From an uncultured Gammaproteobacteria bacterium (GTDB lineage: Bacteria; Patescibacteriota; Microgenomatia; CAYXHB01; CAZYTL01), in contig CAZYTL010000006.1 in NCBI GenBank assembly GCA_964650355.1, positions 11,019 through 75,018 of the forward strand: a stretch of DNA of 64,000 nucleotides, written 5' to 3'. A model generated the notes under the pieces. It searched no databases and was not told the DNA's origin. It saw only the letters and a program-made list of their open reading frames with translations. This document shows positions 27,140 to 38,070 of this stretch, in pieces. The translations under genes and the position numbers were made by a program. Every line of letters begins with the position of its first letter. Positions within the stretch are counted from its first letter, which is position 1.

Positions 27140-27238
27140 GTTGTTTCTATCAGAGGAATTTGCGAATTGAACTTGAGAGATGGAGGATTGATTAAAGAGA
27201 TTGTGGAGAAGGTGATGATCGTTAAGATGGCCCAAAAA

Positions 27239-27877
27239 CTATAAATTTATTTGTTCGCCTTTTCCAATGAGTTTGACGGTTTGGTCTTGAACTAAAAGAG
27301 CTTGGTCGTTGGTAAGTAGACGAACCGGGTATGGGGATTTGTGGCTGCCAGATTTGATTTCGGGATGTTGATCCTCGGAATAATGGGCTTTGATTAAAAA
27401 AGGCACCAGGTTCATGGCGGTTAAATCGGTGACTCCATAACGATTCCAGGGTTTGGAACTCCAGGTATGCATTTCTAAACTGGGACAAGCCAGATAGCTA
27501 CCGCCGCTTTTACCGATGTAAATTAGTTTTCCTTGTTCGACTAGTTGCTTGCCTAATTTAAGGAAACCTGTACGACGAGCATGTTTAAGAAGATAGAAGC
27601 CGTTTCCGCCTTGAACATACACAATTTGTTTTTTTGCCAGTTGCGATTTCAGTTGATGGGGTTCGATTTGAGCCAAGTCGATTTCTACTACGTGAAAGCC
27701 CAGGCAGTTCATGATGAAAACCTCATTTTGGGCGTTGGAGTCATCGGCAATCACTTTGGAAGCCGTGGAGATGTAGGCGACTTGGTAGTGGCTTGGTTTT
27801 TCCGGCAATGCCCTAAGAATTTCTTCCCTAATAATGGGGCGAATAAAACCAGAGGAGGTAAGAATAAGAGTTTTCAT
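27239..27877 (-). CDS. Peptidase S51 (peptidase E) / class I glutamine amidotransferase-like
   Basis: YVQGGNGFYLL, YIGKSGGS, IKAHY. Confidence 0.9.
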   Translation of the reverse strand: MKTLILTSSGFIRPIIREEILRALPEKPSHYQVAYISTASKVIADDSNAQNEVFIMNCLGFHVVEIDLAQIEPHQLKSQLAKKQIVYVQGGNGFYLLKHARRTGFLKLGKQLVEQGKLIYIGKSGGSYLACPSLEMHTWSSKPWNRYGVTDLTAMNLVPFLIKAHYSEDQHPEIKSGSHKSPYPVRLLTNDQALLVQDQTVKLIGKGEQINL

Positions 27878-28032
27878 AAGATTCCTATCAAAAGTTTAAC
27901 ATGAATAGTTTGTAGGTTAGAATCCAGATTTTTGTTTAGTTCGAACTACGGACTATTTATTTTGAATAACGGTTGCGATAATTTGTTTTTTAATATCTTG
28001 TAACTTCTTGGAGGATTTTGTAAGGTGAGGTA

Positions 28033-29082
28033 ATGAAAAAATATACTTATAAACGCACCCGGGAGATTAAGGATTTACTGAAGCGGATTGAACGGGTGCA
28101 GGTGCTAGTTGCGGAGCTGCCGGTGGGGCCTTATCGGGAGGAGTCTTTGCGGCGGGCGTCTTTATTAAAAAGTTCTTTGTTTTCAGCCAAGATCGAAGGC
28201 AATCCTTTGAAGTTGAAAGAGATCTCATTGGAGTCGTTAAACAAGAGCAAGTCTAAGGCCAAGGACCAACTGGAAGTGGCCAATGTATTGCGGGGATTGC
28301 GGTGGATTAGAAGTAAGAGAAGCCCCAGGCGGTTGTCGCTGAAATTGTTAAGAGAGTTGCACGGGATCGTGATGAAAAATCTAGCTGGAGACGCAGGGCA
28401 ATTAAGAACTCAACCATCAGGAATTTTTACCCACGCCGGAGTGGCAGTGCGCTTAAATCCATCGCCGCAACAGATCAAATCCTGGTTAAAAGACTGGTTG
28501 GTATGGGTGAAGTCCTTGGTAAAGACAGAGCCGATTCCCGTAGTCGCGGCATTGGCGCATTTGGGTTTGGAAAAGATTCACCCGTTCAGAGACGGGAACG
28601 GCAGGGTAGGGCGGCTGGTTAGCCAGTTTATTCTGGATAGAGGAAACTCCGCCTCGACCCGCGGAAGCCAGTCGACGCGAGACAGGTATGATTTTAAAGG
28701 GCTGGTATCGTTTGAGGAGTATGTGGCTAATCACCGAACCGCTTATTATGATTTATTGGCTGAAGATAAAAAGGTAGCTACGGAGTGGGTGGGGTTCTTT
28801 TTGGAAGCGATAGCTGAATCCGGGGAAAAGACGGTCACGAAGTTGAAGAGAAGGTCGAACAAGAAAAAACGACTGGCTAAGGCGGAGGAGAAGCTGTTGC
28901 CCCGGCGAAAAGAGCTGTTAGAGATCATGCGAGATCACAAACTGGTGTCGTTTGATTTTCTGCAAAGACGGTTTGCCAAGATTAATCAGTACACGTTAAG
29001 GTATGACTTACGGCAGTTAATGAAAGCGGGATTGGTAAAGAAGTTAGGCGGCACCAGGGGAGCCAGGTATGAGGCTGCGTGA
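28033..29082 (+). CDS. Fic family protein with C-terminal DeoR-like HTH
   Basis: SAKIEGN, canonical HPFRDGNGRVGR, TLRYDLRQLMKAGLVKKLGGTRG. Confidence 0.95.
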   Translation: MKKYTYKRTREIKDLLKRIERVQVLVAELPVGPYREESLRRASLLKSSLFSAKIEGNPLKLKEISLESLNKSKSKAKDQLEVANVLRGLRWIRSKRSPRRLSLKLLRELHGIVMKNLAGDAGQLRTQPSGIFTHAGVAVRLNPSPQQIKSWLKDWLVWVKSLVKTEPIPVVAALAHLGLEKIHPFRDGNGRVGRLVSQFILDRGNSASTRGSQSTRDRYDFKGLVSFEEYVANHRTAYYDLLAEDKKVATEWVGFFLEAIAESGEKTVTKLKRRSNKKKRLAKAEEKLLPRRKELLEIMRDHKLVSFDFLQRRFAKINQYTLRYDLRQLMKAGLVKKLGGTRGARYEAA

Positions 29083-29091
29083 TACAATGCA

Positions 29092-29553
29092 ATGGTAAAT
29101 CTGGTTATGAAGACGAAGGATAAGGCTAAATTCAATATTGTGCTGGTAGTAGGAGCGGTGGTGAAGGACGGAAAGGTGTTAATTGGACAACGGAGTTGGG
29201 ATGAGGTGCAGGCCCCAGGTGTATGGTCTTTACCCGGCGGCAAGGTGGAGGTGCAAGGGGAATTTAACAGCGGAGTGATTGAGAAGGCTTTGAAGAGAGA
29301 AATTATGGAAGAGATGGGGGTAAAAGTAGAAGATGAAATAGTTTATATCCGCAGCGGGTCGTTTGTTCGGGTGGATGGAGCGCCGGTAGTGGTCCTACTG
29401 TTTGCGTGCAAATGGAAATCAGGAGAGCCCAAACCATTGGAAGATACGATTGAGGTAGCTTGGGTAGGAAAGAAGGATTTGGATAAGTATGAGTGGGCAG
29501 CGGGGATAAAGGAAGCGGTGAAGCTGGTGTTGGAGAGGTCGAAGGCAAGATAA
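29092..29553 (+). CDS. NUDIX hydrolase
   Basis: WSLPGGKVE...ALKREIMEEMG. Confidence 0.93.
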   Translation: MVNLVMKTKDKAKFNIVLVVGAVVKDGKVLIGQRSWDEVQAPGVWSLPGGKVEVQGEFNSGVIEKALKREIMEEMGVKVEDEIVYIRSGSFVRVDGAPVVVLLFACKWKSGEPKPLEDTIEVAWVGKKDLDKYEWAAGIKEAVKLVLERSKAR

Positions 29554-29617
29554 AATGAAAGAGGAGACAACTAAATAATTCGTTTAACTTATTGGGGGAA
29601 TGCAAAAAATAAAAAGT

Positions 29618-32600
29618 TTATAGCTGAAGCCATTCTAAGTAGTCAAGACTATTGACAAGATGGTCGGAACTAAGATCGATTATGGAATGAGGTTTTTTCT
29701 GGCCCCATGTTTGGAGTAGGATTTGAATATCGAAGACATTTATGTTGCCATCATCGTTAAAGTCTCCCTTTAAATTTGGGGGAGACCAGGCACCAGTATG
29801 CCTCTCGTCGTGAAGATATTGTGGCCATTCAAGGGAGTCAATTTCTGAATCTAGGTTAAATACGTACAGTTCTATTCTGCTCGAATTCCTGTAGGTAGTT
29901 ATCACTTCTCCATGTCTATCCAGTTCTAGGTCGGTGAGGATCGGAGTATCCTTAGATGTTGGAGGACCGAGGAGTTTCGGATAGCCTGGGTGTTGGGTAA
30001 CTCCTTCAGCATGGTATTCGAGAATGGTAAAGCCCTTGCTGGCACCTTGACTTCTGCCGATGGTACCGAAGGAGATGATATCCTGAAGCTGGTTTTTTCC
30101 AATGTCAGCTATGACATTTGAAGCAGAATATGGATAATCTAATCGTTGAGGAAAAGGTGGAAGTCCAACTAGACGCTGGCCATTTTTATCCAGAACAATC
30201 CAGTTTCCGGATAAATCCTGTACCAAAATTTCTGGAAGTTTATCGTTATTAATGTCGGCTAAAAGCAGATCGGTGAAGGGGATCTCTACATCTTTAAACT
30301 GTTTAGGCCAATTCGATAAGTATTGGCCTTCTGAGTTAAATACGTGAATTGTAATAATTGGCTGCGGATGGGTGGGATCAGTTCTATCTAGCTTCCCGGC
30401 AGCAATGATTAATTCAGCTTTTTGATTGTTGTCCAGGTCCCCCAAGACAAAGTTCAGATTGGCGTAAATTCCCATATCGATGATTACGGGCCAACCGCTA
30501 TCATTCAGTTTTTGTCCTGCTGCATTATAGGCATAAAAATAATATTTATTTGAAGATATGGTGTGATCAAAGCTGATGGAATATAAAACGATGTCTTTTA
30601 AACCATCACCATTTAGGTCAGCTACTTGGGGAGAATGGAAACTATTGGTCAAGCTATCAAATTTGGGAATAATGACAGGGAAACCAGTAAGATTATTCCC
30701 CTGCGCATCCCAAGCGTATAACTTTTGATCTACACCACTTAAGGCAATTGAATCAAGGAAAATAATTTCAGGTTGGCCATCTTGGTTAAGGTCGTCTGCG
30801 ACAGCACCATATTCAAGTGATTGCTTATTCCCAACGGGAAGGGCACCGAATGGCCAAACAGACTCACCTTGACCATCAAGGGCTAATATGCCTCTTTGGT
30901 GGCTGTCGTTGATCAATGTTTCACCTGGAATAATAATTTCCAGGCCCGGTGAAGGAGAGATATCTGCCAAAATGGGCTCAGCACTAACATAAATAACATG
31001 ATCTGACAAAGAGGATATTTGTTTAGGCCATCCGGGAAGACTTGTTCCCGAAGGGTTGAAGGCATAAAGTTGGGAACGACTTTCGCCTGTAGCGGTTAAG
31101 ATATCTTGACAGTGGATAATGATTTCTTTGAGCAGATCACCATTAATATCGCCTACAATCGGCCGGGAACAATGCTCGGCATCGCCAGGTTGAAGTGGGA
31201 TAGTTATAGGCCAATTTGGCTTTAAGTCTGAGTCGATCTGAAAAGGCTGGGAGGTACTGTTAGAGTAATTGTTGGTAGTGACTGTGAGTTTAAGCAGATA
31301 ATTTCCTGCTGATAAGCCAGGAATTTCCCATATTCCTAAGATGTTGTTATCCACCCGTGAGTTACCTGAGATACCTGTTTCGTGCCACGTTGTAGGGCTG
31401 GTGGCTGATGTGTATTGGATTTGATAGGTGAGGGGTTCAGGGCCGATGACCGTGCCTCTGATGGTTAATTTGCCCTTGGATGCGACTAGCTGGTTATTCC
31501 TGGGGCTATTGATGGCTACTTTAAGAGGTGGTTCCGTGTGCTTAATCTCTGAAAGTGCCCGAAAAGCATTTAGTCGGCCATATCCGAATCTGGTGTCAAA
31601 ACCAGGGGGGCCCAGATCATCTGCGGTATTGAGGAGAATATTTCTTACTTTATCAGGAGAAGTAATCAGCGTAGGCTCTTGGGCGATTACCAACCCTGCG
31701 ACGGCCGCAACATGGGGAGTAGCAAATGAGGTGCCGTTTGCGCGCCAATATTTGAGACTGTCTTCAGGAGGATTGCCCGCTAATGAGAGAGAATCCCAAA
31801 ATGCTTCTGACTCGCATGCCGGATGAGTACAATTTTGGGCGGCAATCAAAGGAATGGTGCCGCCGTCGCTCACCGATACCGAGTTGCCACCCGGGGCTGA
31901 CAGATCGATTTGTTCACCGTAGTTAGAATAGGGGGCGATATGATCACTTTGGTCTGTGGCTGATACAGCTATTACTTGTTCGTATGACGCAGGTGCAACG
32001 TTGGCAATATCTCGGTTATCATTGCCGGCCGCGGCTACCATCACTATATGGTGGTCATAAGCATATGCGACTGCTAATCGCAGACTCTCATCCGCAGTAT
32101 CAGTGTAGGTACCAAAACTCATGTTAATAATATTGGCCCCATGATCAGCCGCGTAGATGATTGAGTTGGCAACGGTGGAGGAGTCACCGCCATTGGGGCC
32201 AAGAGCCTTGATCACTAATAGCTTAGTTTCCCAGAGTATCCCTGCTAATCCTACTTGATTGTTGGTTTTTGCACCTATAATACTGGCTACAGCTGTTCCG
32301 TGGCCGTTACTATCTTGAGGTTCTGAATCGTTTTCATAAAAGTCGTACCCCTTGAGGATTTGTACTCCCTCGAAATCTTTATGGAGGAATGAAGCGTCAA
32401 AATCAAAACCGGTATCGATGATGGCAATGGTGATCTCTGGTGCGCCTGTTTGTAAATCCCAAGCCTCAGGTACTTTTATCTGTTTTAGACTCCACTGATA
32501 GTCAAACGGCGGATTCCATTGGAGCTTTTGGGTATCTGTTCTGTTTTCCGGTGTGTCTCTGATAAAGGGGTCATTTGATAAAATAGCCGGGGTATAAAGA

Positions 32601-33145
32601 TAGTTTGGATGCGCATATTCGATTAAAGGGTGAGATTGCAATTGGCGAACTTTTGAGCTGACGGGAATGTCTTTATCAAAACTAATTTTATAAGTGCGAG
32701 AGAGGTCTGACTCTAAAAATTTTTGCTGCTTACCGCTTTGGGCAAGTAGACTGGAGTTTATTTGAGTAAGGTTTTTTTGAGGATTAGAGTGCCCTTTAAA
32801 AATTTTGTCTACTTTGGTGATTCTTTGCTGTTGGAGAAAACTGACGAGAGACCTGCTTGACGAGTCAGTGGTCTCTAATTCATTGATAGTTATCTCTGCT
32901 TGGTCTAGATTTTTTCCACTAGCTTTTATTGCTTGTTTAACGGATAGTTCAACTTTCGTTCTAATGAGTATTTCTCCTTTGACATAATTAGGAGGTGTCA
33001 TTGCCGACGCCGATAGGGTTGAGAAGGATAAGTTGTTTGGTTTATTTTGTGCAACTTGGGCATGAGTGATAAGAGGAATAAATAAGAGAAGGGAAATTGT
33101 TGTTAGGTAGATTAAAGTTTTACTTGAATAGGAGATTTTAACCAT
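29618..33145 (-). CDS. Secreted S8 subtilisin-like serine peptidase with FG-GAP-like repeats and a dockerin-like C-terminus
   Basis: Catalytic triad motifs IIDTG, HGTAVA, GTSFATP; GDINGD, DDLNQDG, ADLNGDG repeats; GDFNDDGNINVFDI; likely start MVKISY at 33145. Confidence 0.93.
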   Translation of the reverse strand: MVKISYSSKTLIYLTTISLLLFIPLITHAQVAQNKPNNLSFSTLSASAMTPPNYVKGEILIRTKVELSVKQAIKASGKNLDQAEITINELETTDSSSRSLVSFLQQQRITKVDKIFKGHSNPQKNLTQINSSLLAQSGKQQKFLESDLSRTYKISFDKDIPVSSKVRQLQSHPLIEYAHPNYLYTPAILSNDPFIRDTPENRTDTQKLQWNPPFDYQWSLKQIKVPEAWDLQTGAPEITIAIIDTGFDFDASFLHKDFEGVQILKGYDFYENDSEPQDSNGHGTAVASIIGAKTNNQVGLAGILWETKLLVIKALGPNGGDSSTVANSIIYAADHGANIINMSFGTYTDTADESLRLAVAYAYDHHIVMVAAAGNDNRDIANVAPASYEQVIAVSATDQSDHIAPYSNYGEQIDLSAPGGNSVSVSDGGTIPLIAAQNCTHPACESEAFWDSLSLAGNPPEDSLKYWRANGTSFATPHVAAVAGLVIAQEPTLITSPDKVRNILLNTADDLGPPGFDTRFGYGRLNAFRALSEIKHTEPPLKVAINSPRNNQLVASKGKLTIRGTVIGPEPLTYQIQYTSATSPTTWHETGISGNSRVDNNILGIWEIPGLSAGNYLLKLTVTTNNYSNSTSQPFQIDSDLKPNWPITIPLQPGDAEHCSRPIVGDINGDLLKEIIIHCQDILTATGESRSQLYAFNPSGTSLPGWPKQISSLSDHVIYVSAEPILADISPSPGLEIIIPGETLINDSHQRGILALDGQGESVWPFGALPVGNKQSLEYGAVADDLNQDGQPEIIFLDSIALSGVDQKLYAWDAQGNNLTGFPVIIPKFDSLTNSFHSPQVADLNGDGLKDIVLYSISFDHTISSNKYYFYAYNAAGQKLNDSGWPVIIDMGIYANLNFVLGDLDNNQKAELIIAAGKLDRTDPTHPQPIITIHVFNSEGQYLSNWPKQFKDVEIPFTDLLLADINNDKLPEILVQDLSGNWIVLDKNGQRLVGLPPFPQRLDYPYSASNVIADIGKNQLQDIISFGTIGRSQGASKGFTILEYHAEGVTQHPGYPKLLGPPTSKDTPILTDLELDRHGEVITTYRNSSRIELYVFNLDSEIDSLEWPQYLHDERHTGAWSPPNLKGDFNDDGNINVFDIQILLQTWGQKKPHSIIDLSSDHLVNSLDYLEWLQL

Positions 33146-33329
33146 CAAGTCATTATTGAATACCCGATTAAGTAAGTCAAAACTAGTTTCTCGTTTATTA
33201 AATTTCAATATTGTACTTGTGATGAGGGCGGTGGTGAAGAGCGGCAACGCAGGTAGGGGTGGTTCAGGCTAAATTTTACTAAAGTGGACTTTACTAGATT
33301 TTTAGTGGTTAAAGGTTAGAATACGGTTA

Positions 33330-34047
33330 ATGGCGATTGAGATTGAGCTTCACCCTGCTCAGGCGGAGGTGTTAAAGATATTATTGTTTAGACCGAAGGC
33401 GCGATTCAGGGATTTGAATCTGACGGGGTTAACCAATGATCATTTTACCTGGCATTTGAATAGATTAGTGGAAGTGGGTTTGGTGGAGAAAACAGGAAAA
33501 GGAGAATATCGATTGTCAGTGCAAGGCAAAGAGTTTGCCAATCGCATGGATTCGGAGACGGTCAAGATTGAGAAACAAGCAAAAATAGCAGTGCTAATCG
33601 TGTGTGTGCGGGCAAAAAACGGAAAAACGGAGTATTTTGCAACAACGGTTAAAACAGCCGTATTTTGGATTCTATGGCTTTGTGAGCGGAAAAGTGAAGT
33701 GGGGAGAGTTGGTGGAAGAAGCTGGCAAACGGGAGTTGTGGGAAGAAACCGGCTTGAAAGGCGAACCGCAGTTGACAGGCATCGAGCACAAGGTGGATTA
33801 TGATGGTGGCGGGAAATTATTAGAGGATAAGTTCTTTTACATCATGCGGGTGGACCTGCCTGCACAGGCAGGTGAGCCGGAAGGCCAACTGGTGGCTGAT
33901 TTTGAAGGCGGTAAAAATGTGTGGGTGGAAGAAGGCAAAATAAAGCAGATAGAGAAATTGTTTCAGGATGTGTTGGAAATTATTGAGATAGTGAAGAAAC
34001 GAGGAGTACAGATTTGGGAGCAGAGGTATACGGAAAAGGAATATTAG
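33330..34047 (+). pseudogene. Frameshifted wHTH-NUDIX fusion (two ORF pieces)
   Basis: HTH frame ends ...KTEY; the +1 frame continues LQQRLKQPYFG...RELWEETGL; break at TATTTTGCAA ~33633-33642. Confidence 0.75.
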
Positions 34048-34172
34048 AGGATTTTAGTAAGAAAAGACCGGGGAGAGATTTAACTGATGATTGAAGAATA
34101 TCAGCGGTGCTCTTGAATCGGGTTGGTGATCTGCATATAATGACAGGATTCTATTTGTGTGGTGATGATGAT

Positions 34173-34490
34173 ATGGGAAGGAATCGCGGATCAGGTGAAT
34201 TTGATTGTGCCGGTGTTTGTTATGTTGGCAATGAGAAAATGGCAGTATTGACCCAACGCGTTCAAGTAGGAAAATTTATAAATGGTAGACCTACCTGCGA
34301 TTTCTTGGCGGGGACTGGTATTTGCACTCTGGGGCCAAGCGTGTTTGGACAAGGAACAAGACGGAGAGGAAAAATATATTTACAAAGTGTGAAGGCTAAT
34401 TTCGATATAGATGACAGAGTGTCGGGTACAGAATGCGAGGTGCGGGGGGCTCGACCGGCACCTGGCGCACCTAATCCGGGAATAAGGTAG
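34173..34490 (+). CDS. Small Cys-containing hypothetical protein
   Basis: Part of ORF 34107..34490; start uncertain; TATAAT at 34136. Confidence 0.45.
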   Translation: MGRNRGSGEFDCAGVCYVGNEKMAVLTQRVQVGKFINGRPTCDFLAGTGICTLGPSVFGQGTRRRGKIYLQSVKANFDIDDRVSGTECEVRGARPAPGAPNPGIR

Positions 34491-34537
34491 AAAGTGAGGC
34501 GTCGATCGGTTTCCAGAGGCTGATGTTGTTTAAGTTC

Positions 34538-34852
34538 CTAATCTGGGGTGAATTTAATTTGGAGATGCTTGTTCGTTGCATCGGCAACGCGGTAGAGGGT
34601 TTCCAGGGTGATGTTTTGCTGCCCGCTTTCCATTCGGGAAATAAATTCCCGTTTGACTTGCATTTTAGAGGCCAAGTTTTGCTGGGAGAGTTTAGCACTT
34701 TTTCTTAAGGCACGAATAGCCATGGCCACTTGAAGGTATTTGGCTTTGGACAAGATTTGCTGTTGGTCTTTTTGGGAATAACTATCAAAGACTTGGTTGT
34801 AGGTGATGAGATCGCCGTCTTTGATGGCTTGGTTGACTTTTTGTTTATTCAT
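34538..34852 (-). CDS. XRE-family HTH antitoxin (HigA-like)
   Basis: LRKSAKLSQQNLA...ISRMESGQQNITLETL; overlaps the toxin stop. Confidence 0.9.
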   Translation of the reverse strand: MNKQKVNQAIKDGDLITYNQVFDSYSQKDQQQILSKAKYLQVAMAIRALRKSAKLSQQNLASKMQVKREFISRMESGQQNITLETLYRVADATNKHLQIKFTPD

Positions 34853-35156
34853 AGGCGTGTAATCTTTGTTTGGCTAGTTTAAGATTTTTTAATGGTGTTT
34901 TCTGGGTTTTCTTTTGGAAAAAATGCAGGATGATGATGTGGTCCTGCCAAACGTAGGCATAAAATCCTCGGAAGGTACCCTGGCTTGAGACTCGCATTTC
35001 AAATAGGTTTGGGCCAACTTTTTTAGCTTCGGGGGGTTCGAGCCGACCGAGCTCTTTTAGAACTTGGATTAAGGCTAAAAAGTCTGTCTGGACTCTTTTA
35101 CTAAAATTTTTAAGTTCTTTTTGCGCTCGTTTGTCGAAGAGGATTTGTTTGGGCAT
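34845..35156 (-). CDS. RelE/HigB (Gp49-like) toxin
   Basis: LFEMRV...RGFY...ILHFFQKKTQKTP. Confidence 0.92.
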   Translation of the reverse strand: MPKQILFDKRAQKELKNFSKRVQTDFLALIQVLKELGRLEPPEAKKVGPNLFEMRVSSQGTFRGFYAYVWQDHIIILHFFQKKTQKTPLKNLKLAKQRLHAYE

Positions 35157-35160
35157 GGTT

Positions 35161-35189
35161 AATGTAACTTAAAAGTTACTACTTGTCAA
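35161..35189 (-). promoter_or_regulatory. TA promoter with operator palindrome
   Basis: TTGACA-17-TACATT on the minus strand; palindrome GTAACTT-AA-AAGTTAC at 35164-35179. Confidence 0.75.
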
Positions 35190-35314
35190 GTAACTATTGT
35201 GCGTAAGTTTTCCCTAATTTCAAACTAGGTTGAATTTTACTCGAAGTCAAATGGGGTTTGGCGAGACCCTAAAAGTATGAAGTAAGAGTAGGGTGGTGAA
35301 TTCTCTGAGAGATT

Positions 35315-35686
35315 TTAGGGGTTACTATTTCCCATGTCTACTGCAACTTTCCACTTGCCGTCGGATTGCTTCCGCCAGATATTGAGATATTTTCCCTTTA
35401 TTTCTTTGCCGTTTTCAAGGGTAATAGTATACATTCCCCAGGTGTATCCCAGATCGCCTGATCGGGCAACTATGGCTGTCTGAGGCTCCCAAGTTAAGAC
35501 TTCTTTTTCGTCTGTCTGCATGGCTTGGCTGATGGCCTCAACTCCGGTTACGGGATTCTGGTTATTAGGAAGCATGATGGCATCTTTAACCAAGTATTGG
35601 GCAAAAGCATGGGAAGCACCTTTTTCCTGGGACAACCGGGAAAATGCTCTGTCAGCGGCGAGTAATTCTTCGGTTTCTTTGGACAT
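35315..35686 (-). CDS. NTF2/SnoaL-like DUF4440 protein
   Basis: LLAADRAF, SGDLGYTWG, GKYLNIWRKQSDGKWKVAVD. Confidence 0.92.
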   Translation of the reverse strand: MSKETEELLAADRAFSRLSQEKGASHAFAQYLVKDAIMLPNNQNPVTGVEAISQAMQTDEKEVLTWEPQTAIVARSGDLGYTWGMYTITLENGKEIKGKYLNIWRKQSDGKWKVAVDMGNSNP

Positions 35687-35710
35687 ATGTTGCTTTTATG
35701 TCGCTACTCA

Positions 35711-36097
35711 TTAACGATCATTCACTTCATATAAGGTGTTTAACTTTTGTTCAGGATGAACACAATATCCATAGGATTTTGAGTCAAAAGCAACTCCCAA
35801 ATTTTCGCAGCACGGGGACTTTGTATCATCAATCAAGGGGGATACCCACCCCTCTCCTGGTCCAGCACATTCACCAGTGACTTGGGCATTTTTCTTAACA
35901 CAATAGGTGTTTCTGTTAGAAGCAGTAAATGGCTCTAATCCTTGGCAACATACTGACTGAGGCTCGCTTAACATTCTGCCTGGTTCAATACAGTTTTTGG
36001 TCGTCAATGACGGCACCTCAGGTACCAAAACAAAATACAGGCCTAATAAACAAAAACCTAAAAGTCCTATAAGGAGATACTTTTGCTTAGTTTTCAT
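35711..36097 (-). CDS. Small Cys-rich exported protein
   Basis: Signal/TM then two C...CC..L...YC modules. Confidence 0.7.
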   Translation of the reverse strand: MKTKQKYLLIGLLGFCLLGLYFVLVPEVPSLTTKNCIEPGRMLSEPQSVCCQGLEPFTASNRNTYCVKKNAQVTGECAGPGEGWVSPLIDDTKSPCCENLGVAFDSKSYGYCVHPEQKLNTLYEVNDR

Positions 36098-36129
36098 GTT
36101 TTCCGGACAGATGGTTATTTTTTAACAAC

Positions 36130-38070
36130 TCACTCCACCACTTCTCCTTCTTCCGCGCCTTTGGTGTCGGTATCTGAGGAACCGGGTTTAGTGTCGCCCT
36201 TGGGTGCTTTGTCTGAAGTTTTTGAAGCCTTGTCAGAGCTCTTCTGATCGCCGGCAGGAGGTGTTTGCTGTTGTTGCTGGTACATGGCCTGGCCGATCTT
36301 TTGCAAGGTGTCTGAGAGGTCTTTGGATTTGGCCTCGATGTCCTCCTTGGATTCTTTATCCAGAACTTCTTTGAGGGCTTTGACTTTGTCTTCGACTTCT
36401 TTTTTGGTGGCTTCTTCGACTTTGTCGCCGGCATCTTTGAGGGCTTTTTCAGCGGTGAAGATGAGGCCGTCAGCCATATTGCGGGCATCAATGACTTCCT
36501 TTTTCTTTTCGTCTTCGGCTTTGTGTTTGTCAGCCTCGGCTTTGGCTTTTTCAACTTCTTCGTCAGACATGCCCACGGCGCCGGTGATGGTGATTTTTTG
36601 TTCTTTGCCGGTGGCTTTGTCTTTGGCGGTGACGTTTAAGATACCGTTGGCGTCGATGTCAAAGGTGACTTCGATTTGAGGCACGCCGCGGGGAGCAGGG
36701 GGAATACCGTCCAGGCGGAAGGTGCCCAGGGATTTGTTGTCGGAAGCCATGGGGCGCTCGCCCTGAAGCACATGAACCTCGACCTGAGTTTGATTATCGG
36801 CAGCGGTGGAAAAGATCTGAGATTTGGAACTGGGGATGGTGGTATTGCGGTCAATCATGGGAGTGGCCACGCCGCCCAAGGTTTCGATGCTGAGGGTCAG
36901 GGGGGTGACGTCGAGGAGGAGGATGTCTTTGACGTCGCCGGCCAGGACGCCACCCTGGATAGCAGCGCCTACAGCCACGACTTCATCAGGGTTAACACCT
37001 TTGTGAGGTTCTTTGCCAAAGAAGTCTTTGACGACTTGCTGGACTTTAGGCATGCGGGTCATGCCGCCGACCAGGATAACTTCGTTGATGTCTTTAGCGT
37101 CGAGTTTGGCGTCTTTAAGAGCGTCTTTGACGGGTTTGATGGTTTTCTGGATCAGATCGTCAACCAGGGATTCAAGTTTGGCGCGGGTAAGTTTGAGGCT
37201 GAGATGAAGGGGATTACCGTCTTTGGACTGGGTGATGTAGGGTTGGTTGATTTCGGTTTCCTGAGCTGAGGAGAGTTCGATTTTGGCTTTTTCAGCAGCG
37301 TCGCGGATGCGCTGGAGGGCTTGTTTGTCTTTTTTAAGATCCAGGCCATTGTCTTTTTTGAATTCTTCAACGATCCAGTCCACGATGACTTCGTCAAAGT
37401 CGTCGCCGCCCAGGTGGGTGTCGCCGTTGGTGGATTTGACTTCGAAGACGCCGTCGCCGATTTCCAGGATGGAGATGTCAAAGGTGCCACCTCCAAGGTC
37501 GTAAACGGCGATTTTTTCATTGGTTTTTTTATCCAACCCGTAGGCCAGGGCAGCAGCAGTGGGTTCGTTGATGATGCGTTCGACTTTGAGGCCGGCGATT
37601 TCACCGGCTTGTTTGGTGGCCTGGCGCTGGGAATCGTCAAAGTAGGCGGGTACGGTGATGACAGCTTGTTCGACTTTTTCTCCCAGGAATTCTTCGGCGT
37701 GTTTTTTCATGTAGATAAGGACTTTGGCAGAGATTTCCTGAGGGGTGTATTCTTTGTCGCCAACTTTGATCATGGGGGAGCCGTCTTTGCCTTTGACGAT
37801 TTCGTAAGGAACCATTTCTTTGGTGCGCTGGACTTCGGGATCGTCATAGCGGCGGCCGATAAGGCGTTTGGCAGAATAGATGGTGTTTTTGGGGTTAAGC
37901 ACCATCTGGCGTTTGGCCACGTCGCCTACCAGGTTTTTAATGGGTTCGACCACTGAAGGGGTGGTATTTTTACCGGTGTCGTGCGCGGGGATGACTTTGG
38001 GCTGGCCACCCTGCATGATAGCCACGCAGGAGTTGGTAGTGCCGAGGTCAATGCCAATGATTTTTGCCAT
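36130..38070 (-). CDS. dnaK: Chaperone DnaK
   Basis: [41 protein letters not shown]. Confidence 0.99.
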   Translation of the reverse strand: MAKIIGIDLGTTNSCVAIMQGGQPKVIPAHDTGKNTTPSVVEPIKNLVGDVAKRQMVLNPKNTIYSAKRLIGRRYDDPEVQRTKEMVPYEIVKGKDGSPMIKVGDKEYTPQEISAKVLIYMKKHAEEFLGEKVEQAVITVPAYFDDSQRQATKQAGEIAGLKVERIINEPTAAALAYGLDKKTNEKIAVYDLGGGTFDISILEIGDGVFEVKSTNGDTHLGGDDFDEVIVDWIVEEFKKDNGLDLKKDKQALQRIRDAAEKAKIELSSAQETEINQPYITQSKDGNPLHLSLKLTRAKLESLVDDLIQKTIKPVKDALKDAKLDAKDINEVILVGGMTRMPKVQQVVKDFFGKEPHKGVNPDEVVAVGAAIQGGVLAGDVKDILLLDVTPLTLSIETLGGVATPMIDRNTTIPSSKSQIFSTAADNQTQVEVHVLQGERPMASDNKSLGTFRLDGIPPAPRGVPQIEVTFDIDANGILNVTAKDKATGKEQKITITGAVGMSDEEVEKAKAEADKHKAEDEKKKEVIDARNMADGLIFTAEKALKDAGDKVEEATKKEVEDKVKALKEVLDKESKEDIEAKSKDLSDTLQKIGQAMYQQQQQTPPAGDQKSSDKASKTSDKAPKGDTKPGSSDTDTKGAEEGEVVE

